In this document: in pieces, positions 1 to 12,679 of the stretch
Layout of the letters: every line of letters begins with the position of its first letter
Numbering within the stretch: the first letter of the stretch is position 1
Source of the DNA: Podarcis liolepis
Lineage: Eukaryota
NCBI GenBank assembly: GCA_965112155.1
Contig: OZ218110.1
Strand: one strand, 5' to 3'
DNA: 64,000 nt
Program-made: the position numbers and the translations under genes
Notes under the pieces: generated by a model
What the model was told of the DNA's origin: nothing
Seen by the model: the letters and a program-made list of their open reading frames with translations, nothing else
Database searches by the model: none

Positions 1-1060
1 AATTCACTCACTTCAAGTATCTGTTCCCTTCCTGGCACAGTGAAAACTAAAATAACTTTCCCACGTGGCTAGACTCTTGCAACAAAGGAATCATTTTCTT
101 AGATGTTCCAGCCAGAGCGGGAAGAGGGATAATTTTTTCTGATCATAACCCTCCCCCCACCACAATGGACTGCATGCCCAGTATATCCCCATGCACACAC
201 ATGTAAATATGAAAAAAGCTGAATAAAAAATGAAATAATTCTACACTGCACAAGGTCTTTACTAGCAGATGGGGATGCCAAACAGTAAGATAAAATAGCT
301 GCAGATAAGTTAAATACCCCATGGAGGAGCTTTATGTTGATATAAACATATAAAATTTATTGTGGATGCCTAGAAGCAAAATATATAACCATATAGATAT
401 ATGCACACACCTGTGTAGCCTGGCTTTTGATACTTGAGATGAATATTTTTGGGACCCACCTTATTTCTGTGGTTGTTGGATGTTTTAAGCTGCTTTTAAT
501 ATTGTGTTTTATCATTGCTTTTCAAAAGACTTTGCTTTAAAGTGTAGAAGAGTAGCTAGGTGCTGATCTCAAAGACATTTCCTGTAGCCTTGTTAATAGA
601 CGATGAAATATCTAATTTAGGACTAACTTAAACCACTTTTGGAAACTACTTTGAGGTGTCTTCAACAATCAAACAGTAGATAAACTTTATGAAATAAATA
701 AATAAATAAATGTCAGGTAACTTCAGGTAACTTCAAACTTTGGAAAGATGAGATAATAATAGGAATTCATCAGGACTCGGATCCGATTCAAAATTATGAG
801 CTGGCAATGAGAAGAATGAAGACAGCCCCACCTATCTTTCAGAATCTTCACATAAGATCTCACTTGAGTAAACTTGAGCAACAATCTCTAGGTCTGCAGA
901 TCTGGCATTTTTACAAGTGCCACGTAATGTTTGTTCTGTATTTGCAGCAGTTTTGAAACACTTCCCTATAAACGGCTGTCTTCAGATGGTTCAGGGGTTG
1001 CATAACTCCATACCCTCCAATGTTTCCCTGGTTAAAATAGAGATGTCCTGAGGAAAAACA

Positions 1061-1181
1061 GAACTGCTAGGTTAGCAGGAGCTGGGACCGAGCAACGGGA
1101 GCTCACCCTGTCATGGGGATTTGAACCGCCGACCTTCCTATCGGCAAGTCCTGGTTTAACCCACAGCACCACCCGCATCCC
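1061..1181 (-). mobile_element. Sauria SINE, 5' fragment
   Basis: Reverse complement matches the 5' part of the full-length copy at 55751. Confidence 0.85.
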
Positions 1182-1214
1182 AGCACATGCATGTACATTA
1201 GTCCAAATTAAACT

Positions 1215-1486
1215 CTAATTAACTGAGGGGGGTGACATCCAGCACGCCGCCTGCCGCCAAATCCCAAGCCTTCCCTGAGCCATCAGGGGAAGGGGGTAGC
1301 TGCACTGCTTTGCCTTCATTTTGACAGTTCGGGGTAGGCTTGGGAGTCGCGGGGGGGCGGTGCGCCCAGGGGTGACATTCAGCGCACCGCATGCCCACAA
1401 CTCCCAAGCCTACTCTGAGCTGTCAATATGGGGGGGGGTGACAAAAAAAATTCACACTGGGTACCACCTGACCTTGCTACGCCTCC
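1215..1486. mobile_element. GC-rich non-autonomous DNA transposon-like repeat
   Basis: Contains internal inverted copies of cccaagcct(a/t)c(c/t)ctgagc. The same motif recurs at ~17790. Confidence 0.4.
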
Positions 1487-2339
1487 ACAAAACTACAAAG
1501 GAATCCTGAAAAATTGACCCCCAATGGATTTCAAAGCAAACTGATCTAAACAGCAGATTGCGACTACTGGTAAATTATCTTCCTAGTCTCACCAGTCCTC
1601 ATAGCTGGCAATACAAATATGGTTCTTGATTCAAAAAATATACACAAATATATTAAAATGTGTTCGTTTGTTTTTTAATCGTTTTAGAAATGTTTACTTT
1701 GAGATAAAATGTTGACTTGGGCTCCTATGGTGGAAGGTGCAGATTTTATTTACGGTATATGTCTATATGTAAAAAGCGCCTGCTGCTGTTCCCACAGTAT
1801 GGAAGGGAAGGCAGAGTATTTATTGAGGATGGGGCTGGCATGGCAGGGCTTTGTGTCCTTGTGAAATGTCCTTTTTTCTTTTCCTCAGCTCATCTAAGCC
1901 AGTGCCAATGCAACTCCCAAACTTAATGGAGCCTTGAAAAGAACATTCTTGTTAGGTGACACAGATCATTTTTTTAAAAAATCCTTGCAGGTTTCTACTT
2001 GCTTATTCTTCTTGTTGTTAATGTTATCAGTGCCATTGGCATTTTGAGTATCATCTTAAAGAAAATTGATCCCAGGCCAAAATCATTTCTCAGTGATGAG
2101 AGATAGGCAAGTCTGTTTATGGGAAGTTTTACACTTTTGCATGTTTTTTCATCCATACTTCCATTCCATTTCCACATTACTTTGAAAGATGTTTCTTTAA
2201 AAAATCATGACACAACAGTTATTTAAATAAATATTGAAATTATATTGTTTCCTGAACATCTGCTTTCATTGCTGTACTTTAATCTTTTAACTGCTGAGAA
2301 CTGCATCACAACTAGAAATAAAAATAATAATAAAGACTT

Positions 2340-2910
2340 CCTTTAAGAGAAAACCAGAAGCTTACCTCCTGGGGATCACAGATTTGGATATCCCGCAAAA
2401 AATGAAGAGTATATTTTTAGATGCCACAGTGGCAGCAAAAATTCTTATCGCTACAAAGTGGAAGAGTGATGAAATCCCTTCTATTCATGAATGGATCCAA
2501 AAGTTAACAGATTATGCGGAGTTAGATAGTTTATCAGAAAAAATAAAGAACAAACCAAAACAGGAATTCATCTCAAAATGGGAAGTCTTTAAAGTTCTTT
2601 TGAAGAACAATTACTGTAGTTTAAACTCTGTTGCAGTGTTTGAATAACTTTAGTAGTAGATTTAAGAAAGATTGAAACCTTAGATAAATCAATAATTAGT
2701 TAATTAGTCAATTTAAGACAAAAATGTGTAATGGCAACAAATAATAGATAATGGACAGGAGGTTGGGTCTATAGTCCAAGGACCGCTTTTTGTTTTATTG
2801 ATTTGTAATTAATATTGTCCATATTGTCCATATCATGGTTTGGTTTTATTTCTTGTCTTGTTGTTTTTTTTTTGGGGGGGGTGTATCAATTAAAAAAAGG
2901 AAGAATAAAA
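2340..2910 (+). mobile_element. L1-clade LINE 3' fragment (ORF2 C-terminus, 3'UTR, A-rich tail)
   Basis: ORF 2384-2647 (AAKILIATKWKSDEIPSIHEWIQKL...FISKWEVF) resembles the C-terminus of non-mammalian L1 ORF2 and is followed by an A-rich tail. Confidence 0.75.
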
Positions 2911-3135
2911 CAGACATAAAAATATATATATTGTTTCCTGAATATCTGCTTTCATTGAGGTACTTTAATCTTTTAACTGCTGAGAACTGCATCGCAACAA
3001 CTAGAGCAGTACAACACCCAATGAATACTTAATGCAAAAAAGAACATTAGTCTGAGAAGTTTGGATCAAGTTTTTTCATTGAGGAAAATAAGATTGAATG
3101 CAACAAGCAATTGATGACAAAATCATTCTCAAAAC

Positions 3136-4128
3136 TTAATCACAGCACTTTATGTGACACCATGAAACCATATTTCTGAATTTTATGACAGATTTAAACA
3201 GAGCTTCCTTCACCTCTCTGTTTCTCAAACTGTATATGAGGGGGTTCAACATGGGAGTCAAAATGGTGTAGAAGAAAGAGAAGATTTTATGAAGTTCCTT
3301 TAAGGTTTCTGTTTCAGGGACTACATAGACTAAGAATAATGAGCTATAGAAAAGTGTCACAACAATCAGATGGGAAGAGCAGGTGGCAAAGGCCTTCTGC
3401 TGAGCAGCTTTGGATTTAATTCGCAAGACGTTGAGAATAATGCGAACATAGGAAGCCAAAGTCAATAGAAAAGGGAAACCTATTGCCATATACCCGAGAA
3501 TAGAAGTTGCAAGTTTTACTAGGTGGGTATTGCTGCATGAGAGGTTTGCTATTGGATATACATCACAAAAGAAATCATCAATTTCATTGGGTCCACAGAA
3601 CGTTAGTTGTACTAAAAAAGAAGTTATGATAGTGTTGGTCACCAGGCCACACATCCAAGAAGTGAATGCTAATTGGAGGCAGAGTTTACCATTCATAATG
3701 GATGTGTAGTGCAGAGGTTTGCATATTGCCAAATACCTATCAAAAGACATCATTGCCAAAAGATAACATTCTGTGGCTAAACAGAAACCAAAGAAATAGA
3801 ATTGTGTGATGCACCCCTTAATGGATATGGACCTATCCCCAGTAATGAAACTAACCAGCATCCTGGGCAGGATGGTTGAAATGTAGCAAGTCTCCAACCC
3901 TGACAAGTTCATGAGGAAGAAGTACATGGGAGTATGAAGATGCTGGTCAACTGCAACCAGTAAAATAATTAGGAGGTTCCCAACAACAGACAAAGCATAG
4001 ATGGCAAAAAACAATACAAAGAGAAGTATTCTCAATCCGAGGAGATTGCCAAATCCCAGAAGGGTGAATGTTGCAGGGCTTGACAGATTTTTCTTCATTT
4101 CTGTTTGGTGGTAAATCTCAGCATCATT
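3136..4128 (-). CDS. Olfactory receptor OR1 (class II, OR11A-like), main coding exon; predicted CDS join(7386..7442,3136..4128), 349 aa
   Basis: OR motifs LHTPMYFFL, MSFDRYLAICKPLHY, KAFATCSSHL, PMLNPLIYSLRN. Acceptor gtatttcAG at 4129-4130. Internal ATG at 4098. Confidence 0.95.
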   Translation of the reverse strand, partial: NDAEIYHQTEMKKNLSSPATFTLLGFGNLLGLRILLFVLFFAIYALSVVGNLLIILLVAVDQHLHTPMYFFLMNLSGLETCYISTILPRMLVSFITGDRSISIKGCITQFYFFGFCLATECYLLAMMSFDRYLAICKPLHYTSIMNGKLCLQLAFTSWMCGLVTNTIITSFLVQLTFCGPNEIDDFFCDVYPIANLSCSNTHLVKLATSILGYMAIGFPFLLTLASYVRIILNVLRIKSKAAQQKAFATCSSHLIVVTLFYSSLFLVYVVPETETLKELHKIFSFFYTILTPMLNPLIYSLRNREVKEALFKSVIKFRNMVSWCHIKCCD

Positions 4129-4274
4129 CTGAAATACAATTTTAAAAACATTACTGAGCTTGGAAATCCATCTCATTATTATTTTTCCTCTGATTGATTT
4201 TGAAAGTCACATGGGACATCCTTCCTGGGCCTCTGCATTCTATACTACTTAATAATTATACATTATTGGGAATA

Positions 4275-4437
4275 AGGGCCATATCTCAGTAGTAGAACGT
4301 CTTGGTTTTCATCTCCAGATAGAACTGGAAGAGAACCTTGCCTGGATCCGTGGAAAGCCACAGCCAGTCCGTACAAAGGATACGAAGCTAGATAGACTGA
4401 CTGTGGCTGACCTCATATAAGGCAGCTTTCTATGTCA
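4275..4437 (+). mobile_element. Squam3-like tRNA-derived SINE, degraded
   Basis: Head gggccatatctcagtagtaga and tail ataaggcagctttctatgt; related to the copy at 63594. Confidence 0.65.
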
Positions 4438-7385
4438 CCAATAAGTGAGGCTCATGTACTTAAATTAGGGATATGATCTGGCTTTCTGTAGGGTCTGAAT
4501 AGTGAGGCACATCAGGGTGATGCAGGGGTCTTTAACCCCATGCAGTTCACAGTGTGACAGGGGAGCTGACCCAGGTTATGGGTGCCCAGTGCGCATGATG
4601 TCATGATGTCACATTTTTACGTGACGTCATGATGTTATGAATGCACACACACACCCAGCCTCGGAAGCTGACTTCTGGTGGTACTGAAAGTCAGGTTCCG
4701 AGACCTTGGAGACCTCAGAAAGCATCTCTGAGGTCTCAGAAGGCCTCAGACACCATCTTCGAGACTTCATAAGCTGCAAGGGGGCCCTGCAGTGTGGGTG
4801 CTGAGCATCCACAGCCCCCTATAGCTGGTGCTCCTGCACTGTGCTGTTCATAAATCTTGTGTTGGATCAGATCCTCCTGTTGTTCTGTTGTTGCTGTACT
4901 TTTCAGTTCTACAGAGCTCTATCTTTTCCTAGTTCTCGATGTTTCTTTAGACCCCTGGGCACTGCAACAAATGATACTGTCCCAACTGGGACACTAAGGA
5001 GCTCTGGATTTTATTATTTTTTTCTTTCATTACAGTAGTTGAGGATTTATTTGATAAGTTGAAAACTTCATGTAAGTTTTTTTAAAAAAATTTAAAAAAT
5101 CCTACACTGCTCTGCTTTAGCAATAACACTCAAGTCCGCTTCAGAACCCCACAGGCAGAATTCTAGATAGTCTCATGGTATAACCTCAGGCTTGAAAGCT
5201 CTGTTGAAGGGCACAAACAAGCACTGAAGAGGCCAATATGAAGCTGTGGAATTTTAAAAATGTAAGAACAAGTATAAATAACCACTCTTAACCAACTTAA
5301 GAAAAGTAAGAACATAGGACAACCATCTCCCAACATGTACATCCAATAAGGAAATACGGAGGAAGATTATTCCTTTTTACTCCACAAATAGCTCTTGGAC
5401 CTATTTGCCTGAAGTTTGGGTAACTTAAATTCATTTGGGTGGGACTTCTGCACCTTTAACATTCATTCAGGTTGACCGAAGGGGGGGAAAGTTAGGGCTG
5501 TTTTTTAGATTGCAGTGAATAGAGAAGGCAGAGCATCTTATTTTACAATGCAGCTTAGAAGCTTCAACACAGATCAAAGTGTAGGAGGCACAGAGCAATT
5601 CACAAGCAGATTGAAATTTGCAAATAATGCACAGATACAAAATCAAGGCAAATCTTGAGAACAGTGAAGACCACAAATTTAAGCTTCTCCACGTTTGTTT
5701 TTAAACACAGGTGCCTTATACATGGAAACACACAGCACCTATCAAAACTCAAGCCAAGGATCTGGCTAATTAACTGAGGGCAGAAGTAAATTTTTTGTTT
5801 GTATTTTTTTCAGAAACACCTGAGTGTTGCTGCTCCCCTGAAAGGGGAATTGGAGAGGGATGATTTGCAGAATAGAAGCAGAAGGAAAGAGGAAGAGTGA
5901 TTAACCCTTTCTGGTTTCTTGGTTTCCAATGCTGCTTACCCCACCCTCCAAGATGTGGTCCCAGACCTGTGTAACTACACAATTCCAAGAATATCTTGCT
6001 AGAATTCTGAAGTGAAAGAGGTGGTGTTCCTAGTTTTGTAAAATTTCCAGCTTGCACATATGAAAAAAGCTCAGTACTATTCTAGTTTTCTACTTTCAAT
6101 TCATTTATTAAGTGGTCCCTGACTAGCAGTTAGTTCTCTTCTACCTGCTTACAACTTTACTGCATTAACAAAGACTATTATGGCCAAGTCCTGCAATACT
6201 TGTACTGCTTCTTTTGTTTGCAATTTTTTTTTAAGTATTCCAAAAATGTAATTCCCCCACCTGAAGGTTCAAGTAGCGTCCTTGAACCTACCACCTCAGC
6301 ATCTGACCACCTTATTGAGCTGCACACATCAGGGCTTCTAGTCCATACCTAGTCAAAAGTGTTCAATGGTGCCAGGCACTTGTTCCTGATTATAAAATGT
6401 GTGTACATGCACACATGCACACACACATATACCCAGACTGTTGTGAAACTGTGAAAATGATTTTTGTGCAGTTTTCTCTCCCACACACGCTAATGGACAC
6501 ATTCTCCAATGAGGGACAGAGCTTCATGTAAACATTTATTTTCCTTCCCAAATTATCTCAATAAATCAAAGAGTATAACTTCAGATGAACAGTACAACTT
6601 TCCACCATATTATGTGAAGGGTGCTGTGTATGAAAATAGGCAGCTGAGCTTAGTCAATGCTTGGTACCTTAATAGCATGTGAGTTCTCAGAGGAACTTGT
6701 TTTTAAAATGTTTTTAAAATGTTTTGATTTAAGCTGGATCCTTGACATTACTGTTTTCTGAAACCTCTGACAGTTTTCTCAGTTCTATAGTACTTCTAAG
6801 AAATCAAAAATATTAATAAATTGGCAGGAGTTTTATGATTGCCTCAAGCCATGATATGAGGGCATATGATGCAGACCACTTGCTAAAGTTAAGCAGGTTA
6901 GGTGTCCGAATGAGGGACATATGGGAACCACTTGTACATGAGTGCCTTTAAGTACATGACGGGGGGAAATGGGATAAAGATATAGTACATTCAGTGAATA
7001 ATAGAATTTTGTCTTTCTGAATGTATTCTGTGAACTTCAAAAAGTTAATTCTAGGATCCCAAATATTCTAAAATAAATCGGCTCAGTGAAAAAAGATGAC
7101 ATTTCTCTCTCTCTCTTTCTTTTTGGTATGCATATCATAAACAATTAACCAGTTTCCTCATAAAGCTTGAGAGTGACCTATGGAAGGAGGAAGACCAAGA
7201 TCAGATAGGTTAGATTTATAAAGCCCAATTGCCAATTCCTTTCATCCAGTTTACCAAGAAAGTGGTATTCTTAATTGGCATACAGTGCATACGAATCATT
7301 TAAAACCCTCATAAAAATGGAAAATCATGTTTATATGTAGTACATGAAGAGAAATCACTAACAGGATGGATTTATAAACATTTAC

Positions 7386-7442
7386 CTCTAAAATTATAAT
7401 ACTTCCATGTGGAAAATCTGATGTATTCCATTCGGGCTCCAT
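7386..7442 (-). CDS. Upstream coding exon of OR1 (MEPEWNTSDFPHGSIIILE)
   Basis: 19 codons from ATG, then GAG|GTAAAT donor in phase 0. Homologous exons lie upstream of OR2, OR4 and OR5. Confidence 0.8.
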
Positions 7443-7721
7443 AAATAGGATGCAAGTTTCTCTTCCCTACCCCTGTTCTGTTCCAATCATGTCATTCTAA
7501 TGTTGGCTCTGGAATCTTCTTTCCAGTTAGTAGCTAACTGTTAGTATGCTCACTTATTTAAAGTACAAATGATCAAGTTGCCATGCTTTTATTCAGCAGC
7601 AAAATATCAGCAGGTAACCTTACTTGAACATGACTAAATGATCAAGGACATACTGTTTCTACAAGTTAATATTTCATTATGGCTAGGGAAAAGCGCTATA
7701 TCCCCTGAAAGCTATGTGCTC

Positions 7722-7746
7722 ACTCATGCCTTGGGGAAGTCATTAG
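7722..7746 (-). promoter_or_regulatory. Homeodomain (TAATGA) plus O/E (EBF)-like site, putative OR1 promoter
   Basis: Minus strand reads cTAATGActTCCCCAAGGCAtgagt; conserved at 13072-13096 upstream of OR2. Confidence 0.6.
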
Positions 7747-7898
7747 ACTCTTCCAAAGCCAAGGCTCTTAATTAATACTATCCCTTCAGTGCTATGAAGG
7801 TACTCACAGCCTATCCTCAACATCCTGAATGAGAAATGCCACCTCACTTCTACTGAAGTTTTATTTATTATGTATAGAGACATTAAAATAAAGGAGAT

Positions 7899-7968
7899 AG
7901 GGTTTGGACATATTGTAGACTTGGACCCCAGTGAGGGTTTGGACATATTGTAGACTTGGACCCCAGTG
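7899..7968. repeat. Perfect 35-bp tandem duplication
   Basis: agggtttggacatattgtagacttggaccccagtg x2, at the 3' end of the CR1 fragment. Confidence 0.9.
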
Positions 7969-9060
7969 GTCATCTAGTCCAACTCTCTGCAATGCTTTGA
8001 ATCTCAACTAGATGACAATCCAACCTCTGCTTAAAAACTTCTGAGGAACGAGACTCCACAACCTCCCGAGAGAGTCTGTTCTACTATCTAATGGCTCTTA
8101 CTGTCAGAAAGTTCTTCCTGATTTTTAGCTGAATTCTTCATTCTTGCAATTTGAAGGCATTGCTTCAAGTTCTACCCTCCAGAGCAAGAAAAAACAAGCT
8201 TGCTCCATCTTCCATGTTAAGATGGTTAGAGAGTTTAGATAGTTGAAGAAGGCTATCATATCTCCTCTCAGTCTCCTCTTCTCTGTGCTAAACATACCCA
8301 GCTCCCTCAACCGTTCCTCATAAGACTTGGTTGTGGTTCGAGGACCCGATCCCCGCGTAGTGGAATGAAAACACGAGGACACGTGATATAAGGTTAATGG
8401 GCAAGAAAAGGCCACAACTTTATTGATTACAGCAAGTGAAAAGGTATTGGCTTAGGCATTGGATTACGTCAGCTGACTCCACCCCCTCAGAGAGGGGTGA
8501 GTCTAAAACAGGGGGGTTTATTCACCAGTAGGTGGAGCCTGTTGATGCTAATCCAACTATAAGCCCTCCCCTGATGTCACCGAGGGTCGTGCCATGGCCT
8601 CCCGCCAAGCAGGCATCGGACAGAATACACGACCGCCAGATTCCTTTAACGGAATACCCAAAAATTGAAGGCATAGGCGATGGCCACACCTAGCCCTTCG
8701 ACACAACACAACACATTATTCCAATGCCTAACCACCACCCGAGCCCAAAAGACGAAAAGTGAGGCCGGAAGGCTGGTGCCGCAGCAATTTGGGCTGCTAA
8801 ACACGCCCCCTCGCAGGCACCTGGTTGGGTGCCTGCCCGTGGGGGTAGGCCAGCCAGGTGAGTGGGAAGCAGGGGGCTAATGCCCCCTACTTGAGGCGGA
8901 GTCCGGCTCCCAACCACAACCACTCCCCTCTCTTGCAGGAGGAGAGTCTTTTCCAGACCCTGATCATCTTGGCTGCCCTCCTCTGCACATGTTTCGGCTT
9001 GTCAATGTCCTTCTTAAATTGTTGCATCCAAAACTGGGCCTTGTATTCCAGTTGTGGTAT
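7960..9060 (-). mobile_element. CR1 LINE 3' fragment, split by an LTR-like insertion
   Basis: Translation [31 protein letters not shown] is the typical CR1 ORF2 C-terminus. CR1 sequence resumes at ~8950 (ttccagaccctgatcatcttgg). Confidence 0.9.
8328..8922 (-). mobile_element. LTR-like element with adjacent polypurine tract
   Basis: 11-bp terminal inverted repeats TGGTTGTGGTT/AACCACAACCA, AATAAA on the minus strand at ~8420, purine tract AAGAGAGGGGAG at 8923-8934 (minus). CpG-rich. Confidence 0.65.
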
Positions 9061-10031
9061 GATTTTCAGAAAAATATTTTTTTTCAGGATATCAATCTCA
9101 GGGGGCTAGATTCAGACTTTATCATGCTTAGACTCATCAAATAGAGTTATTTGTGCACCTGAGGAATTGGGTCAAGACAATGCCTGGAACCCTGCACATG
9201 CTGTACTTGCCTAGCTGTAAGTTTCACTGAACTCTACAGGACGTACTTTTTAAATATACATTCCACAAGGTTGTGCTTGCATATGAATTAATTCATTTAC
9301 TGCATAACGCCAAAATAGGCTTCTAAGCAGTTTTCAACCAGTTTCACAAACATGTCATAATTTCATAAAATTTCATAAAAACCAGTTTCATAAAACAGTT
9401 TCATAAAAACCAGTTTCACAAACATTAAAATATAAGCATTGCTTATTACAATGCACAATAGAACAATTTCATTTAAACAACATAGCAATTAAAGAGAAAT
9501 TTAGGCTGGTTTATCCTGACTAAGGCTGCAATCCTAATTCCTCTTACCTGAGGAGTAAGCCTCACCGAATTCAATAGGATTTATTTCTAAGTAAATGAAG
9601 TTAGGACTGCACTGCAGGTTTCTGCTTGTTTTATTCTTTGCCTTGTTACGTTACCAGTGAGAGTGGCAGTTTGAGTATCATTTTGAAAAGACTTGAATCC
9701 CAGCCCAAAGGATTGTTATTCAATGGCAAGGGATGAGCCAATCTCTCTGTTTATGGCACATATTAGACGTTTGTGTGTGTGTGTTTTTCCACACTTCTGT
9801 TCCATTTTCAGATTAATTAGTAAAGTTCTATATTTAAAAAAAATCATCACAAAAGAGGTATTGTAATATGCATTGAAAATGTACTATTTTTTCAAAATAT
9901 GCTTTTATTGATGCACTTTAATGACTATGTGAAAACTTAATGCCTCAAGCAACCCAGTCAATGACAAAACCAATCTTTATCTTCCTGTATACTTCACATG
10001 ATCCAACCCACTATGAAGTTATAGAACTCAA

Positions 10032-10988
10032 TCACAAAAAAATTCTGACAAATTTGAACAAAGCTTCCTTGACCTCTCTATTTCTCAAACTGTAAATGAG
10101 AGGATTTAACATGGGAGTAAAGATGGTGTAGAAGAAAGAGAAGATTTTATGTAATTCCTTTAATTTTTCTGTTTCTGGAACCACATAAACTAAGAATAAC
10201 GAAAGGAAGAAAAGTGTCACAACAATCAGATGGGAAGAGCAAGTGGCGAAGGCCTTCTGCTGGGCAGCTCTGGATTTAATTCGCAAGATGGTACAAATAA
10301 TGCAGACATAAGAAGCTAAAGTTAGGAGAAAAGGGGACCCTATTCCCATAAACCCCAAAATAAAAGTTGCAAGTTTTACTAGGCGGGTATTGCTGCATGA
10401 GAGGTTTGCTAATGGATAAACATCACAAAAGAAATCATCAATTTCATTGGGTCCACAGAAAGTTAGTTGACCCAAAAAAGAAGTTATGATAGTGTTGGTC
10501 ACCAGGCCACACATCCAAGAAGTGAATGCTAACTGGAGGCAGAGTCTACCACTCATTATAGTTGGGTAGTGCAGAGGTTTGCATATTGCCAAATACCTAT
10601 CATAAGACATCATTGCCAGAAGGTAACATTCTGTGCATGCCAAGAAACCAAAGAAATAGTATTGTGTGATGCAACCCTTAATAGATATGGACCTATCCCC
10701 AGTAAGGAAACTGACCAGCATCCTGGGCAGGATGGTTGAAATGTAGCAGGTCTCCAAGCCCGACAAGTTCACGAGGAAGAAATACATGGGCTTGTGAAGA
10801 TGCTGGTCAACTGCAACAAGTAAAACAATTAAGAGGTTCCCAACAAGCGATAAAGCATAGATGGCAAGGAACAAGGCAAAGAGGAGGATTCACAGATCAA
10901 AGTCATTGCCAAATCCCAGAAGGATGAATGTTGAAGGGATTGACAGATTTCCTCCCATTGCTTTTTGCTGTTGAATCTCAAATTCATT
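10032..10988 (-). pseudogene. Olfactory receptor OR2 with in-frame nonsense codon (R>stop)
   Basis: From ATG 10958: MGGNLSIPSTFILLGFGNDFDL*ILLFALFL. TGA at 10890-10892 where OR4/OR5 have CGA. The rest of the 7TM frame is intact. Confidence 0.9.
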
Positions 10989-12679
10989 CTGAAATACAAT
11001 TTGAAAAATGTTAGTGAGCTCAGCAACCCACCCCATTCCTGTTTTCCCTCCCATGGATGTTTGTGACTAATGTGGACAGTCGCAGGAGACTGCGAGGGAC
11101 GATTTGCAGAGGAAAAGCAAGAAGAGAGGCAAAGAGCTCACGATTCTTACCAACCTTTTGGTTTGCCCCTGCTCTTTACCCCACTTCACCCACCAATTTG
11201 TGGTTCCAAACCTGTGTAACCGCAAAATCCATGACATCACACAAATGTAGAACTGCAGATGCTGAAGAATTGAAAGTGTTGGAGTGGAATTTAGTACTTC
11301 TGACTGTAGTAGATGTTCCCTATTTTGTAAAAAAAAAAATAAAAAAAAATCCCAGGTTATATATAAAAATAAATTATGACTTTACTATCCTAGTTTTCTG
11401 TTTGCAAGGAGGTGTTTTATGAAGATGTGGTCCTTGATTGGCAGTTAGTTTTCTACTAGTAGTTTAGGACTCTACTATATTTTACTGCTAGATAAATAGA
11501 TGTGCTCAATGGCTATATGTGGAGCAGAATTATGTGGGAAGGAGGCAATAGAATTCCGAGAAATGAAGGCAGCTCTTCAAAATTGTAGGTGGGAAATACC
11601 ACATTGAATGCTTCCTTATAAATGAAATCTCCTTGCCTGCAGAAATCTAGCACAATGGGGAATAATATTCTAGCTAAGGTCTTCCATGTATGTGCATCTT
11701 TTCTTATTTCAAATAATTTATTTCAAAAACAATGTGATTCCTCCACATGCAGACTGAAGTGGCATCCTTTATTCAACCACGTCAGCCCTTGAGCACCTTA
11801 TTGAGCCGCCTATGTACACACCAGGGCTTCTAATCTATAACTAGGATTAAATTCTGTCAGGTATTTTATATGAAACTGTGAAAATGATTTTTGTGTATCT
11901 TATTTCTCCTGATAGTTAAGAGGCATGTCAAACAATGCAGGAGGGAGCATCATATAAGCTTCAATTTTCACTCCAGAACTATCTCAGTGAGTCAAACAGG
12001 ACAACATCAGACTAGGAAGTGGACATTAGGAAAATAGGCAGCTGAGCTTAGTCAATGCTTGGTACCTAATATGCACACCTTCCCTGGCTCCTTGACATTA
12101 CTGTTTACTGAAATCAGCTTTCTCAGTTCTATAGTACATCAAATTAATCCAAAATATTAATAAATTGACAACAGTGTTATTTTTGCCCCAGAGCATGCAC
12201 TGAGGGCAGATGAGGCAGGTTTAGGTCTGGTGAGTGCCTGGATATGGAATGTCAAGGAACCCCATGTATGCCACCTTGAAGTCCACAATGAAATGAAGAT
12301 GGGCTGTTACTGCACTAACTTAAATCAATGATAGCACTGAATATGTTTCCCTGAACATATTCTGTGAAATCCAAAAAAGGTTGACCCTGCAATGCCAAAG
12401 ATCCTAAAAAAATTTGGCCCAGTGATAAAATATGTTGTTTAATTTATTCTGTGTCTACAAGCTAACAACCTACCTTTTCTCCAACAAAACATGAGACTGA
12501 CCTACAGAAAGAGGCAGACTGAGATCAGATTGGTTAGATTGACAAAACCCAACTTTCCCTTCTTATCAGCCACTATCAGTGTATATAAACCATTTTAAAC
12601 CTTTATAAGAATGAAATACTATATCACAAATATAGTACTTGGAGACAAAAGGTTAATAGCATGATTGATAAATATTTAC

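Noticed and set aside
4129-4176. ORF-track start MRWISKLSNVFKIVFQ for OR1
   Set aside because: It lies upstream of the conserved splice acceptor.
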